NCBI RefSeq assembly: GCF_006345805.1
Contig: NC_043011.1
Coordinates: 1,736,001 to 1,800,000 of the forward strand
Source: Octopus sinensis
Lineage: Eukaryota
DNA length: 64,000 nucleotides
Reading direction: 5' to 3'
Positions 36,711 to 49,348 of the stretch are shown here, piece by piece. How positions within the stretch are numbered: the stretch's first letter is position 1; each line of letters begins with the position of its first letter. A program made the translations under genes and the position numbers. The notes under the pieces are model-generated. The model did no database searches. It was not told the DNA's origin and saw only the letters and a list, made by a program, of their open reading frames with translations.

Positions 36711-39053
36711 ACCCTACAAATAATAGTAAATTGTCATGTTGGTCTCAGTTAAATGGAAGTAACACTGGTTTTTTACTTGCTTTCCACAACTGTCTTGTAG
36801 GTTCCATTCTATTATTTTCACTCTGCTTCCTTTACAGGCTGAATAATTAGGCCATGAGATATATAGAATTTGCACCTTGAACTATCTTTAGTGACTTAAG
36901 ATTAATACTATTGAATTTCTTTCTTAAAGTTTTATGTATTTAATATAATGTGTGTAACATTGGCAGTAAATTAAATCTAAAATACAACCAAAATAGAGAA
37001 TATAAAAAATTGGACTCTAGATGAAATCCTGAAATTCATGGTTGAATGAAGTAAATAAAAATGGTGATGTGATTTGTTACATTAATTCCTTAAGTCATTC
37101 TTGAACATTTCAGTTCCATAAAAGTAGGATATTTGCTGTGATTTATGCTTTTGAACATAAAAGAAAATATATTAAGAAGACTTAGTCAGGAATCAACTTA
37201 TATAATATTTTTCCAAAACTAATAGAATTATTTTCTAAAGAATCAATGGAGCAAGGTTGAGAAAAAGAAATGTAGTGAGAAAGAGAAACATAATTGGTTT
37301 GAGCAAAGACAGCTGAAAAGAATGGGAAGTATATATTCTGCTACATTTTTGCTCTTTGGTAATGCTTTTACAGGTTCCTCAATTGATTTTACTTAAAAAG
37401 CTGAACTTCTCTATTATGAAAATGACAAATGTCTTCTCATAAAGCATTTCCAGAAATATGTTTAGTAAATTTAATTTTCAGGAAATGCTAAAATGGGTAC
37501 CATCACTCTAAGAATTCTGATGTCTACCCTGCAATCAGATTACCGAAAGTACAAAAGTTTTAACAGCTGCACTATCATCATGTATATTTCTTTCTTTCTG
37601 TTTGTAATAGAATATCCCATCTTATTGTCAGTGTTCCACTGTAGACCATCATCATCATGCCAATGCACAGGTCTCTATATGGATGTCTGAGTTGCTAGAA
37701 GTTGCAGCTAAATCACCGTCAAATTACATCCAGCCCTCTTAAATGGTAAAGCAAACATTAGATATTGTTACTTATACTTTGCCTAAAAACGACACCCAAG
37801 GTATTAGGCAACGAAATTACAGGTTCTGATTTCAAACCTACTCCTCATATTTATTGTATTTCTGAGTGAGATACATTAATCTAGATGACATAGCAGTCAA
37901 AAGTACGTATCAAATAAACTGTGTGTAGTTGGCTGGCTTCTTATCCAATGGGATTTCAGCCATTTCACTCAATGCTCATCAAAGATTAACCCACCTGCAC
38001 CATGGTTGTGGTTTTCCAAGAATTGCAGATGTGACATCTATTTTCTCGGTAGAATGGGAATTGGTAAACCTCACAGATCCATGTGACTATCAGTTTACAA
38101 AACACCCAAGAACATCAACCATTTCCACATCTATTTACCACGAATCACTTCCACCTTTTTTTAACCATCACACTTCCCCCACACTCTTGCAATCTTTGCT
38201 CTTCCTAGTTCTTCTGTCACCACTCTTTCTTCTAAACTAAAAATGGATCAGTCAGAATAAAGATACATCATCAGTGCTTCTAGTGTTATTTAAGTGTTGT
38301 TTTGAGTAATTTTGTTCACCTTTTTCAACCATGAAGCAACTGAACACTTGCAATGAAGACGAAATGTTTAGGTTGTTTATGACTGACAATGTACTGTAAA
38401 TTCTAAATTATTTTGTTATAAAAGAGGTAAAAATCAAGACTATTCTGATTATGATATAATTCTCATCTTGCCATTGTGCAAAGCGTTATTATTGTCTTTG
38501 TGCAATGAATTGTCAGAAAGGATAGCACCAAACTAAATGGTGTTTATTGTTTAATCATTCTTTACTTTGAAGTGAGATGCTGTTAGGTTGCACACAGACC
38601 CACCAGAAACTGGTGAAGGTAAAATTATTACTAGAAGTATGTTGAAATTGATTCTATTTACAGCACCTTTTCCTTGAAAAAAAAAAATTACACCTGTATC
38701 AAAGAAAACTTATTGGAAAGTACATTGAAGATCAACTGTACACCATACTGCTTCATGGGAAAAGAAGACTTAAAACTACTACTACTACTACTACTACCAC
38801 TACTATTGAAAAGAATTGTATTTTTTACAGAAAATCTAATTAGTATAGGATATAAAGTAGGAAGTTTGAATCTATATCTTACAAATTTTAGTAACCATTT
38901 GTTATGTAAAAAAAGAAAGAGATGAAGAAGCGATATAAATCATAACAATAGCAAAAATGCTATTAATTGAGAATTGTATCCAGTGATTTGTGGATGTTTG
39001 TATTTATTAAGATTAGTCTATTTCATTTTAATTCTTAATATCTCACCTGTATA

Positions 39054-39672
39054 ATATTCAGAAATGACATAAGGCACAGTAAAATCCTTTTTTTTTGTGA
39101 AACCTGATCCGTCATCAGAAAATATAGTCAGTCCTGAAGTATTATATTATATAGAATATAATATACTAGCAGTATCACCCGGCGTTGTTCGGGTTTGTAA
39201 TGGAAATAACTATATAAGCATTTTTAGAGAGTTACTTCCCTTATATAAACCGAGCAAAAAATGCATTAAAAATGCGGAAAAATGATGGTAATTTTTTTTT
39301 TAAATCGTAGACTCATCGTAGATGCGCGCTAATACCCAGAAGGGCTCGATATGAATCACGACTATAAGATACCCACTTTTGGTTAAACTGCACCGCAAAA
39401 TGTGGGAGTTGTTAGGAATCTAAATCGGAGTAGACAGACACACACACAACTTCAGTTTTAGATATAAAGATATACTTATATTATAATATAATATAAGTAT
39501 TATATTATATAGAATATAATATATATACTTATATTATAATATAATATAAGTATTATATTATATATAATATAATATATATTATATTATATTCAGAAATAAC
39601 ATAAGGCACAGTAAAATCCTTTCTTTTATGAGACCTGATCTGTCATCAGAAAATATAGTCAGTCCTGAAGTA
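39054..39672. repeat. ~88-bp diverged direct repeats (39054-39141 and 39586-39672) enclosing AT-rich repeats and a Helitron
   Basis: ATATTCAGAAAT.ACATAAGGCACAGTAAAATCCTTT...GTCATCAGAAAATATAGTCAGTCCTGAAGTA occurs twice. Confidence 0.85.
39166..39470 (-). mobile_element. Complete non-autonomous Helitron (305 bp)
   Basis: Minus strand starts TC (A|TCTTTATATC) and ends CTAG|T, with subterminal hairpin CCCG-AACAACGC-CGGG and internal (GTCT/GT)n; no TSD. Confidence 0.8.
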
Positions 39673-40239
39673 AATGTGGAAAGAACAAATATTCTAGATG
39701 AGTGGCGTGGTCTCTGAATAGTTTAGGTTCAATGTGTAGACATTTTCTAATTTCAGTGCTAGCAGCATCTTACTGGACCATTGTGTAGAATTTGGTTTAG
39801 ATGTTTGAAAGACAGTGTTCTTGGATGTTTTGTAAACTGATAGTCATGTGGAGCTGATCCAAATTGACTCTTTGTATGATTTACTGTCAATGTATTGTTG
39901 AACTAACTTAGTTTTGGAATTCTGTAAGATTGCCAGTTAGCTTACTGATAGCTTTACATTGTTATTAACATGTTATCAATAATGTATTGTAGCCGTGACT
40001 CCACTGACTGCTTGTACTTGATTCCTCGTCATTATCATCATCAACTTCAATAAATGTTAACATCATTAGCAAAGTGTCAGGACCAATTAGTCTCAAAGGA
40101 GAAAACACATAACTCTCAGAATACATTTATGGTATTCCTAGTTGGATTGGCAGAAGTGACAGAGTGTTGGAAAAAATGCCCTGTAATATTTGTTTTGGTG
40201 CTTCACATTTGGGGTTAAAATCTTGCTTTCAACCCTAAG

Positions 40240-40454
40240 ATCATCATCATCATCATCATCATCATGGGTTGGACGGTTCAACTGGGGTCTGGGAAGCCAG
40301 AAGGCTGTGCCAGGCCCAGTCTGATCTGGCAGTGTTTCTATGGCTGGATGCCCTTCCTAACGCCAACCGCTCCATGAGTGTAGTGGGTGCTTTTTACGTG
40401 CCACCGGCACAGGTGCCAGGCGAGGCTGGCAAACGGCCACTATCGGATGGTGCT
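40240..40454 (-). mobile_element. SINE-like family B
   Basis: (CAT)n, body, then 5' module GGCACAGGTGCCAGGCGAGGCTGGCAAACGGCC. Confidence 0.85.
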
Positions 40455-42415
40455 TGAAAAATTTATTAGAACAATAGGCAAAAGCATTGTCATCATCATC
40501 ATCTACCACCACTGCCACCACCACCACCACTGATTTTTCCAGACTCCCATGGGTTGGACAAGTTGTTACAATCCTAAGTTCTTATTCAAAGTTACTGCCC
40601 TCCAAAATGGGTTAGGGAACCATTGGTTTGGTTTTCTATGACTGAACATGGGGATTTAATTATCTATGAAAAGAATATTGCATCTCCCTCTGTCTGCCCC
40701 TCTCTCTTATCACACATGTGGTATTTGTTCTGGCCCATTACATTTTGAGTTTGCCAGTGATGAGACTAGTGCCAAGCTGTATTGGTCCATACCATTCTTT
40801 TGGACAATATCAGCAGGGTAGAAAAAGGTGACTTGCTGCATAAACAACTGCTGGTCTTCTTTAAAATGACCTTACCCTGGCAAGGAAGATTTTAGAGATT
40901 GATACATGGTCAACTCTGATGGAAGAGACTCATAGTTGGTTTCCTCATAAGAACCAAGCTGGTATGGCTCATAGTATAAGTCTAGAAAGCCTCAACAACA
41001 GTAACACTTAAAAGTTGATATATGTAAATGTTTCAGAAACCCCAGAAATGTTTTAGAAGCTAATGTTTACCTCTATTTTGATTGTATTAAATATTAGCCA
41101 ACCCTCTTGTTCAGGATGCCAGGCTTGTATAGGTATCATTCTGAAATGATCTTGTATCTATTTCTGACAGCTAGTTAATCAGACATGATATATAGAATAC
41201 AGCTCTTTGTCTAGAAACACCCCAAAATACAATGAGCAATATTAGTTTATGATCTTCAAACAGGTTATCCAAATATTATCCACTTGGGCATTTTACTGCA
41301 CCATTTTACAGAGCTGTAGTATATAACCTGGTGGATAAAGTTAATGGAATGATGAATGAATTCAATTGCTGTAAGGGATTGAAATTCTAACCTTATAGGT
41401 TCTTAAGTTTTACCAGAATAGAAGACAGTTTGTTGCTTGGCCAAAGTTACCTGAAGTAGACAGCAATGAATTCCTTTTCTATTTCTTGTCATTATTTTTG
41501 ACCCTCATCCGTTCCCTCAGATTCCGTATGCTATGATAGATGAATGGTTGGTTCAGGATAAACTCATTTGTGAAAGCACTCTATTTATATTTCAACACTG
41601 AAATAAGAAAATATTTAAAAAAAACAGAACGATGCAAGCCATAACAAATTCCATTACCATTTTGATGGTATTACTACTAACACTTGTTTTTATTCAAGGA
41701 AGTCATTGAACAGTGAATAATAAAGAGCAACATAAAAATTTTATCAGTAACATAAAAATTTTATAAGTTTTTTTATTCAAAGAGTTGATTGTGAAAATTG
41801 TTCAATTTTCCACCACATATAAGAATCAGAATGATCAGTTCAACCACATGATTTAAGTCTACAGGCTGAGATGGCCACTGAAAAAACACTTATTAAGATG
41901 TATGATCTAAGCAATTATGACAAATATATATGTCTGTTTTGTGTCAAATGTATATGTCGGTGTAACATTAACTATTGGAAACACAAAAGAATGACATCTA
42001 CAGTTGAACTGTGGGAATGACACATTATCTTCCAAGACAGCAGTTGTGTGTAGGATTAGCAAATCAACACATAAAAAAAAAACTAGAAAAAAAACATACC
42101 CAGTTATTTTGAGCAGAGGCTGATGATATTTTCATATCAAAACAGAAGAACAGAGATGACTTTTGGCATCAAGAAACATCATAAAATTAGACAAGAACTC
42201 TGAAGGCAAAAATGAAAGATGGGAAGAAAGAATTTTATGAGGTAGAAGGGCTTAGAAGACCCAGGGAGCAGGAGGGCAAAGAATAAATCTTGACAAGACA
42301 TAATCAACCCAATACTAAGGTGAGATCGATTCCAGTACCCAGGTGGTTCATAATGATTAATGGATTCTTCTCTGAGTCTGAGTATTGTCTTCAAACACCC
42401 TCAGGGAAGTATTAA

Positions 42416-42635
42416 CCCTTTCATTTCCAGCCCGGCTGAAACCGGCTCTGGATCTGAGTACAAATGTCTTGTTTTCTTAAGTTTTAAATTAAAATCTTCC
42501 ACCAAACCTTAGTTACAATTTATGTTCCTAATACTAGCTTAATGATAACTAAGTTATTTTGATAAATTCTTTTTTATATCTAAAATAATTGAAAGAAACA
42601 CAGAGCATCTCAAAATAAATACAGTAACGAAAGGG
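42416..42635. mobile_element. piggyBac-type MITE
   Basis: TTAA TSDs (42412-42415, 42636-42639), TIR CCCTTTC...GAAAGGG; sister copy at 56398-56617. Confidence 0.85.
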
Positions 42636-43632
42636 TTAAACTCTATGCTGAATGATAAGCTATGTTTTAAATTCATAATGCAGATGCTCTAACAATTTCA
42701 AGATATTCATACTTTGTTGAATGAAATATATTGGTCACTTTGAGAGTTATGTCTGTGGACCCAAGACACAATACACCTGGGTATTATTATGTATATACTA
42801 CTGTTAGCCATTGTCCTTATGACAATGCAATAATGTTTAGGGTATGAGCAGTGAGGAAGGATTAATTTATTGATGCATAATAGTAAAGAGAAAGTTCAGC
42901 TTCTTTACTATGTGTGCTCATGAAGAGATTAGTGAGAGCATCTCTTAAGTGGAAACCAGAGGGCACTGGATGCAAAGCAGACCTGTCAAGACCTAGCTGA
43001 GGACAGTGGAGGAGGACCTAGCAGATATGGGTCTGAGCCAGTAGTAGGCTCATAACATGGCTTGTAGCCTGTTGGTTGGAGGAGTCTTGTAGCCCAATGC
43101 ATTACGGGAAGTGAGAGGAACCAAGATCACCTTCAATGAATATAAAGCTTGCTTCCTGACACTTCAGCTAAAATTCCTTTGCAGCTTCTGTATATGTTTG
43201 TTCAAATTTTTATTTTGATTAGAGAATTACTTTCTTTGCTCTTCAATGTAACGTCTTCTAGAGTGGGTGGGTCAGGCAGACATTTATAACAATACAAGTA
43301 AACAGAAATGAAGCTATGAATGCAAAACATCAGTAAAACGATCTGTTAATGGAAAAAATAAAAAAAGAAAACGGATAAATGCCTCGAGCTGTAAAACAAC
43401 TAATTCTATTAAAACAAAATCTATGGAAGTATTTCAAAGGAATCAAAAGAGGCTTTTACAAAATATTCAACAGGTTTTAATTAGATTATTTTTCAGATCA
43501 GTATTCCAAGAATCTTCTAATTGTATTTTAAGGTGTGCACCATCTGTCTACTACCGCTGTTATAAATAAGTTTTTACTATTTCCATCACTGTTTGTTTTG
43601 GCTTACATATCAGTATAGGTGATTTCAATATA

Positions 43633-43733
43633 CTGTTGTGTCTGGGGAGAGTCATTCTCTTTTAGTGCCTTATTATTTAACACACTTAAATAATAAGGCA
43701 CTAAAAGAAAATGACTCTCCTCAGACACAACAG
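43633..43733. repeat. 48-bp-arm hairpin with 5-nt loop
   Basis: 43633-43680 versus 43686-43733, two mismatches, loop CACAC. Confidence 0.95.
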
Positions 43734-44118
43734 AATATGCTTCAACACACGAACTCATATAAAGAATCTTGCAAACCAAATCCAAAAACGAAATATGATT
43801 TCAACATACTTTTGAATCAATTTGGCAGAAGTTATGAAACAAACCAAAATTTGGCAATCTTGTTCGATTTGGAAAGAGAGTTAAGAGTTCTTATATTGTA
43901 TCATGGAGTAAACAACAATGTGGAATAAATATTTTTCAGTGCCTAACTTGAAGTTCATAAATAGGTAATGCAACCAGTATAAATATGAAGAGTTATATGT
44001 TAAATAAGTCTCAGCAATAGGTGTCATTCATAGTGTTGTACATTAAAAACAGTCTTCCACAACAACAACTATCACTATATGTTATGTAGTAAAGGAAGCT
44101 TGCTCAGTGATAGATAAA

Positions 44119-44348
44119 TTTCTTTACTACCCACAAGGGGCTAAACACAGAGAGGACAAACAAGGACAGACAAACGGATTAAGTTGATTATATCGACCCC
44201 AGTGTATAACTGGTACTTATTTAATCGACCCCGAAAGGATGAAAGGCAAAGTTGACCTCGGCGGAATTTGAACTCAGAACGTAGCGGCAGACAAAATACT
44301 GCTAAGAATTTCGGCCAGCATGCTAACATTTCTGCCAGCTCGCCGCCT
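44119..44348 (-). mobile_element. SINE family C, full length
   Basis: Complete head and core on the minus strand. Confidence 0.9.
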
Positions 44349-44917
44349 AGTAAGTGAGGAAGTAAGTCAAAAAAATTTTAAACTTGCACCTTCAGTGTTG
44401 AGAGAAAGAAATTATCTGAAAGAGTAATTGCAGTCAAGAAAGGCAGAGAAGACAATCTCAAACTTTAAATAAGTTAAAACTAATTAATTTAATGTATTTT
44501 AATTAATTTGAATGTTTGGAGTATCTCTGTTGCTTCTCTTGACCAAAATTAATTATTATTTAGATAATTACTTAGAATGCTGCAGTTAATCGACCACATC
44601 TTTCGAAGTATGTCAAACATCAGGGCATATTTTAGTCTTATTAGCTCTCATCAATAAAGCATAAATTAACTGTACTGAAAGACTGCATTACACTCCTTTT
44701 TCTTCTTTGCTGGTTTCTGTGATTGGACAGCAGTGATATTAGTGTACGATCTTCAACAGTCTTAGTTAATTTGATTACCTCCATTACTTTGTTCAGTATT
44801 CTATCAACCTATATACTAACCTAAGAACTCATATCTTTGTTTTAACACAACAGTTTATCAGTAATATAATGATCAACACACACAAACACATACTCATTAT
44901 ATATATATATATATGTA

Positions 44918-45322
44918 TACTCTTTTACTTGTTTCAGTCAGTTGACTGCGGCTATGCTGGAGCACCGCCTTTTAGTCGAGCAAATCGACCCCGGGACTTA
45001 TTCTTTGTAAGCCCAGTACTTATTCTATCGGTCTCTTTTGCCAAACCGCTAAGTCACAGGGACATAAACACACCAGCATCGGTTGTCAAGCAATGCTAGG
45101 GGGACAAACACAGACACACAAACATACACGCACACATATATATATATATACATATATATGACAGGCTTCTTTCAGTTTCCGTCTACCAAATCCACTCACA
45201 AGGCTTTGGTCGGCTCGAGGCTATAGTAGAAGACACTTGCCCAAGGTGTCCTGCAGTGGGACTGAACCCGGAACCGTGTGGTTGGTAAGCAAGCTACTTA
45301 ACACACAGTCACTCCTGCGCCC
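44918..45322 (-). mobile_element. SINE family A, full length
   Basis: Tail abuts (AT)nGTATA; complete head. Confidence 0.9.
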
Positions 45323-45985
45323 TCTCTCTCTCTCTATATATATATATAGCATCAACAATCATCATCACCATGCTGGCATGGGTTGGATGGTTTGATAGGA
45401 GGATCTAAAGAGATGGAGAACTTGAGCTCTAATCTCTGTTTTGGTATGGTTTCTATAGCTGGATGCCCTTTCTAACAACAGTCACTTTACAGTTTGGGTT
45501 GTGTGGTTTTTTTTCATGGTACCAGCACTAGTGAAATTGCATGTGGCTTAGAAAATAAAAATCCCCTTCAAGCGACTAGGATTACAGCAGAATGAGAAGC
45601 AGCTTTAAGCATGGAAATGAATAATTAATGCTCGAGAAAAGGTGCCTGAATAGAACAGATTCCTTCTTGTAGTAGAGCTAGATGGCTACTTACATTATAG
45701 AAGAAATAATGGGTGTGGCTGGGATAGAGCTGAAAAGATATGAAAATAGTGGTGATGGGGTATCAGAATGATGTCTCAAGATATGAGGTGAGTGAGTAGA
45801 GGTTGCAAGAGTGCATGGAAGAGTGAGGGGTGATCAGAAATGGTAAATGGGTGAGTTGGAAAGGGATAGAAAAATTGATAATGACTGTAGACATCAGTTA
45901 GGGTTGAGTAATGGATATAGTGATTGGTGAATAAGGGATAAGAGTGATCTATGGCACATACACATTATACATATAGATATATGTA

Positions 45986-46097
45986 TACTCTTTTACTCTT
46001 TTACTTGTTTCAGTCAGTTGACTGCGGCCATGCTGGAGCACCGCCTTTTAGTTGAGCAACTCGACCCTGGGACTTATTCTTTGTAAGCCCAGTACTT
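45986..46097 (-). mobile_element. SINE family A, 3' fragment
   Basis: Tail plus about 100 bp of body. Confidence 0.8.
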
Positions 46098-46522
46098 AAG
46101 GGAGGAGAGAGAAGATAACTGACAGTGCAGTAGGGTTGAAGAGCAAGAGAATGGTAATAATGATACAATAGATAGGGAAAGGTTGGATAGGTTACAAGAG
46201 AGGATGAATGGAAGGCAAATACAGTCAGTCAAAAAAGTGGGAGAGAAAGAGAGAGAGAGAGTGATGTATGGTTGTGGAGATGGAGAAATGATATGGTGGC
46301 TCAGCAGGGTAATCAAAGTAAAATGTGGATCGAGAGAACAATATCAAGAATGAAGGATGAATATCAAGTGAAATGATTCCGGCTAATGAAAAAGATAAAA
46401 GGCATCAAGGAACAGCTGGTGAAGTATACCTTTAATTCCAGCTCCAGAATACTGCAGTTACAAAGATTATGATGGTGGTGATATCTTGAGGAGAGAACTG
46501 GGTCCAATTGTGGGGATATAAT

Positions 46523-46558
<36 letters not shown>

Positions 46559-46565
46559 CAACAGT

Positions 46566-46780
46566 TGAGTGTGGTCGTTGCCAGAACCACCTGACTGTCC
46601 CTCATGCCAGTGGCATGTAAAAGCACCCACTACACTCTCGGAGTGGTTGGCATTAGGAAGGGCATCCAGCTGTAGAAACTTTGCCAGATCAGATTAAGCG
46701 TGGTGTAGCCTTCTGATTCACCCGTCCTCAGTCAAACCGTCAAACCCATGTCTGCATGGAAAGCGGACATTAAATGACGA

Positions 46781-46784
<4 letters not shown>
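46566..46784 (+). mobile_element. SINE-like family B
   Basis: Body and GATGAT tail running into (AT)n. Confidence 0.8.
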
Positions 46785-46842
<58 letters not shown>

Positions 46843-46950
46843 ATGTAAATATATATATATATACAATTGCAGCATGGAAGGCGTTTATAAGCCATTTAAA
46901 AAACACACAAAAAACCGTTCGATTCACTTCAGCATTTAAATTTAATTTAC

Positions 46951-46995
46951 GTCAAAATATTTTCATTGCTTTGAAACTGCGACCTGTTCACTTAC
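46951..46995 (-). ncRNA. Hammerhead-like motif with GUGAACA (G3-C8) core, copy 1, in cassette 46864-47012
   Basis: Minus strand: GTAA GTGAACA G GTCGC-AGTTTCAAA-GCAAT GAAA ATATT T TGAC; the stem II 3' side shows CpG-type decay. Confidence 0.5.
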
Positions 46996-47069
46996 AAAAT
47001 TTCATGCTGCATCTCTCTCTCTCTCTATCTATCTCTTTACTGCTGCCCACTGTGGTCTCCCCATACAAG

Positions 47070-47652
47070 ACAAAACAGCTCAAGGATTGAATCACCCCAG
47101 AAGGCGCTTACTAAACGAATTGAAGGCATGACTGCTCTCGATTATTGAGACCGCCTTAAAGACTTGAAACTCTACTCTCTCCAGCACTGCCATGAGTGGT
47201 GCATCATTTGTACGATGTGGAGAATATACTGCCAACTTTGCCCAAACGATCTAAACATTAGTTTCAAGGTTCATCCAAGGCTGGGACCATGGGCCATACG
47301 TCCCCTGCCCAATTCAGGATCACAGCATATAGGTACACTGCAACATAATTTGTTTTCCTCAACAGGCCCTGCCCTGTTTAACATTGTGCTGAAAGCAATC
47401 AAAGAGGAAAAGGATCCCATCAACTTTAAACGGAGTCTGGATAGATTTCTTCAAAGAATACTGGATAAGCCACCCATGCCTGGATACAACTCACTCAGCA
47501 AAAGCTCACTACTTCAATGGGCCATAAACAAAATTTGACTTAAACTGGAATTAGATAATCCTATCAGGTGGTGCTATTAAGTTAGACATGGCCTGGACCA
47601 ATCTTTGGTCGAAACATATCTAAGTTTATCTAAGTTTATCTAAGTTTATCTA

Positions 47653-47658
<6 letters not shown>
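47070..47658 (+). mobile_element. CR1-group LINE 3' end (second family)
   Basis: RIEGMTALDY.DRLKDLKLYSLQ...GPALFN...FKRSLDRFLQRILDKPPMPGY; tail CATGGCCT-GGACCAATCTTTGGTC-GAAAC(ATATCTAAGTTT..)4 running into (AT)n. Confidence 0.85.
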
Positions 47659-47688
<30 letters not shown>

Positions 47689-48101
47689 GAGCACAACACA
47701 CACATGTGCTTCCAAAGGCTCAGTTTCACTAAGATGGGCAGATATTCTCAAGAACCATATATTGTCAGTGGTCCTAGTCTTTTGTCATCTACTCCATGAG
47801 TTAAAAGGTCTTGAGATCAACCTTCACTGCTAAGCCATGGTGGATAACACTTATTCAAAGTGAGATATAGTAAGATCAAACCTGATCACAAAGTCAAGTT
47901 AATAATTATTCAGCTAAGCTTGCAACCATACCTCGATGCTGTGTGGGCCCAGATCCCCATTGACAGCTTGTTGATATTAAATAAAGTACACTAACACTAT
48001 GCAAATTAATAGTTCTACTTCTCTGGAACTACTGGATTTGTTATACAATTATACAGATTGGCTATTTATTCTCTGAGATTGGTTAAGTGATATAGACACC
48101 T

Positions 48102-48136
48102 CTGATGAAAATCCAGTAAGGTTTGAAAATCGATTA
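48102..48136 (+). ncRNA. Degenerate hammerhead-like motif, stem I not intact
   Basis: CTGATGA AAATCC-AGTAA-GGTTT GAAA ATCGAT TA; palindromic stem III AATCGATT; the flanks CACCT and AATTT do not pair. Confidence 0.4.
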
Positions 48137-49348
48137 AATTTGTTCATCACTAGTTAAATTTGCCATGCTTGTTTGCCTACTACGTAGGGTTACATACATT
48201 AGTTACACATTTATATGCATGAGTATTGTTTTCTGTTTAATTGCATACCAGATAATTGCATAATTTAGCTAACTTTATATCCAAATAAAGTAAATTCCAG
48301 TTTGTTACACAATATTTTTAGAATGATTTTTGTGTAAAACATTTGCAAATACAGTAAAATAAATATTTAATTCTATGCCAGATTCTTGCCAATTCTTTTA
48401 CTCAGTATTCTTGATTGAACATTATTTTATAGTAATTTTGGAAGCTTCTGTTTTCATGATGAGTTAAAACGACAGTAACCTAACCAGTACTTTATGTTTA
48501 CAAAAAGCCAATATCTAAATAATCAAATGGATTCAAGTTGTTTTACCATTTACATTGAATTGAAAACTGTATTTTTGATCTGTGTTTTTAATCTTTTTTT
48601 AAATTATGTAATGAAATTTTAAAATTCTTCAATAAATAAATTTTCATTGTAGATAACATTTGTAAAAATATAATTTTGAATTAAGTATTGAGTGAAATAA
48701 ATGTTGTTGCTTTTGTTATCAACTTCATTAACCTGTAACTGAAGCAACTACATACTTTTTTAACCTTCACAACGCCAGATGTTATCACTGCATAATTCAT
48801 TGCTAAAATGTCTGAATCTGTTTAAGCTCAAGTATTTGAAGAAAATATAAGGAAATTAAAAAATATCAAAAGGGATCAATCAAATTATTGTCCTGCTGAA
48901 ACCTATAAATAATAAAAAAATATCTTCGATTGAGTGGAGCAAGGTAAATTATGTGTGTGTAGGTAGTTGTCTTACCACATAATAGCAATAATACCCGTTG
49001 TTGATCGGTTAATTATTTTTACTCTTTCTTGGGAGCCACATTCAAATTATCATTATACATATAATTTTCTCCTCCTGTATGTGTGTATTTTATAAGAGAA
49101 AAACATGTAATAATTGAAGTAGAAAAAAGATCAATTTCATACACGAACTTCTGTTTGTTTATTATAAGTGAGTTGTATGTGTTATTTTATTTATCAATAC
49201 ATTAATGGCAATTACATAATACACTTCATTGAAATAGGTATTTTACTCATTCTTGAATGTAATGATAGTAGTGGAAAATTAAGTTATTGAAGTATTCATG
49301 TTGTACTGAGGGTGAATATTTCTTTATAAATAATGTTTTTATTTTATT

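Noticed and set aside
39100-39660. Minus-strand CTGATGA in both direct repeats; likewise CTGATGA/TCATCAG at about 3589, 5813, 14669, 42119, 52499, 57598 and 63742
   Set aside because: No compatible stems, or the motif lies inside transposase/RT coding relics.
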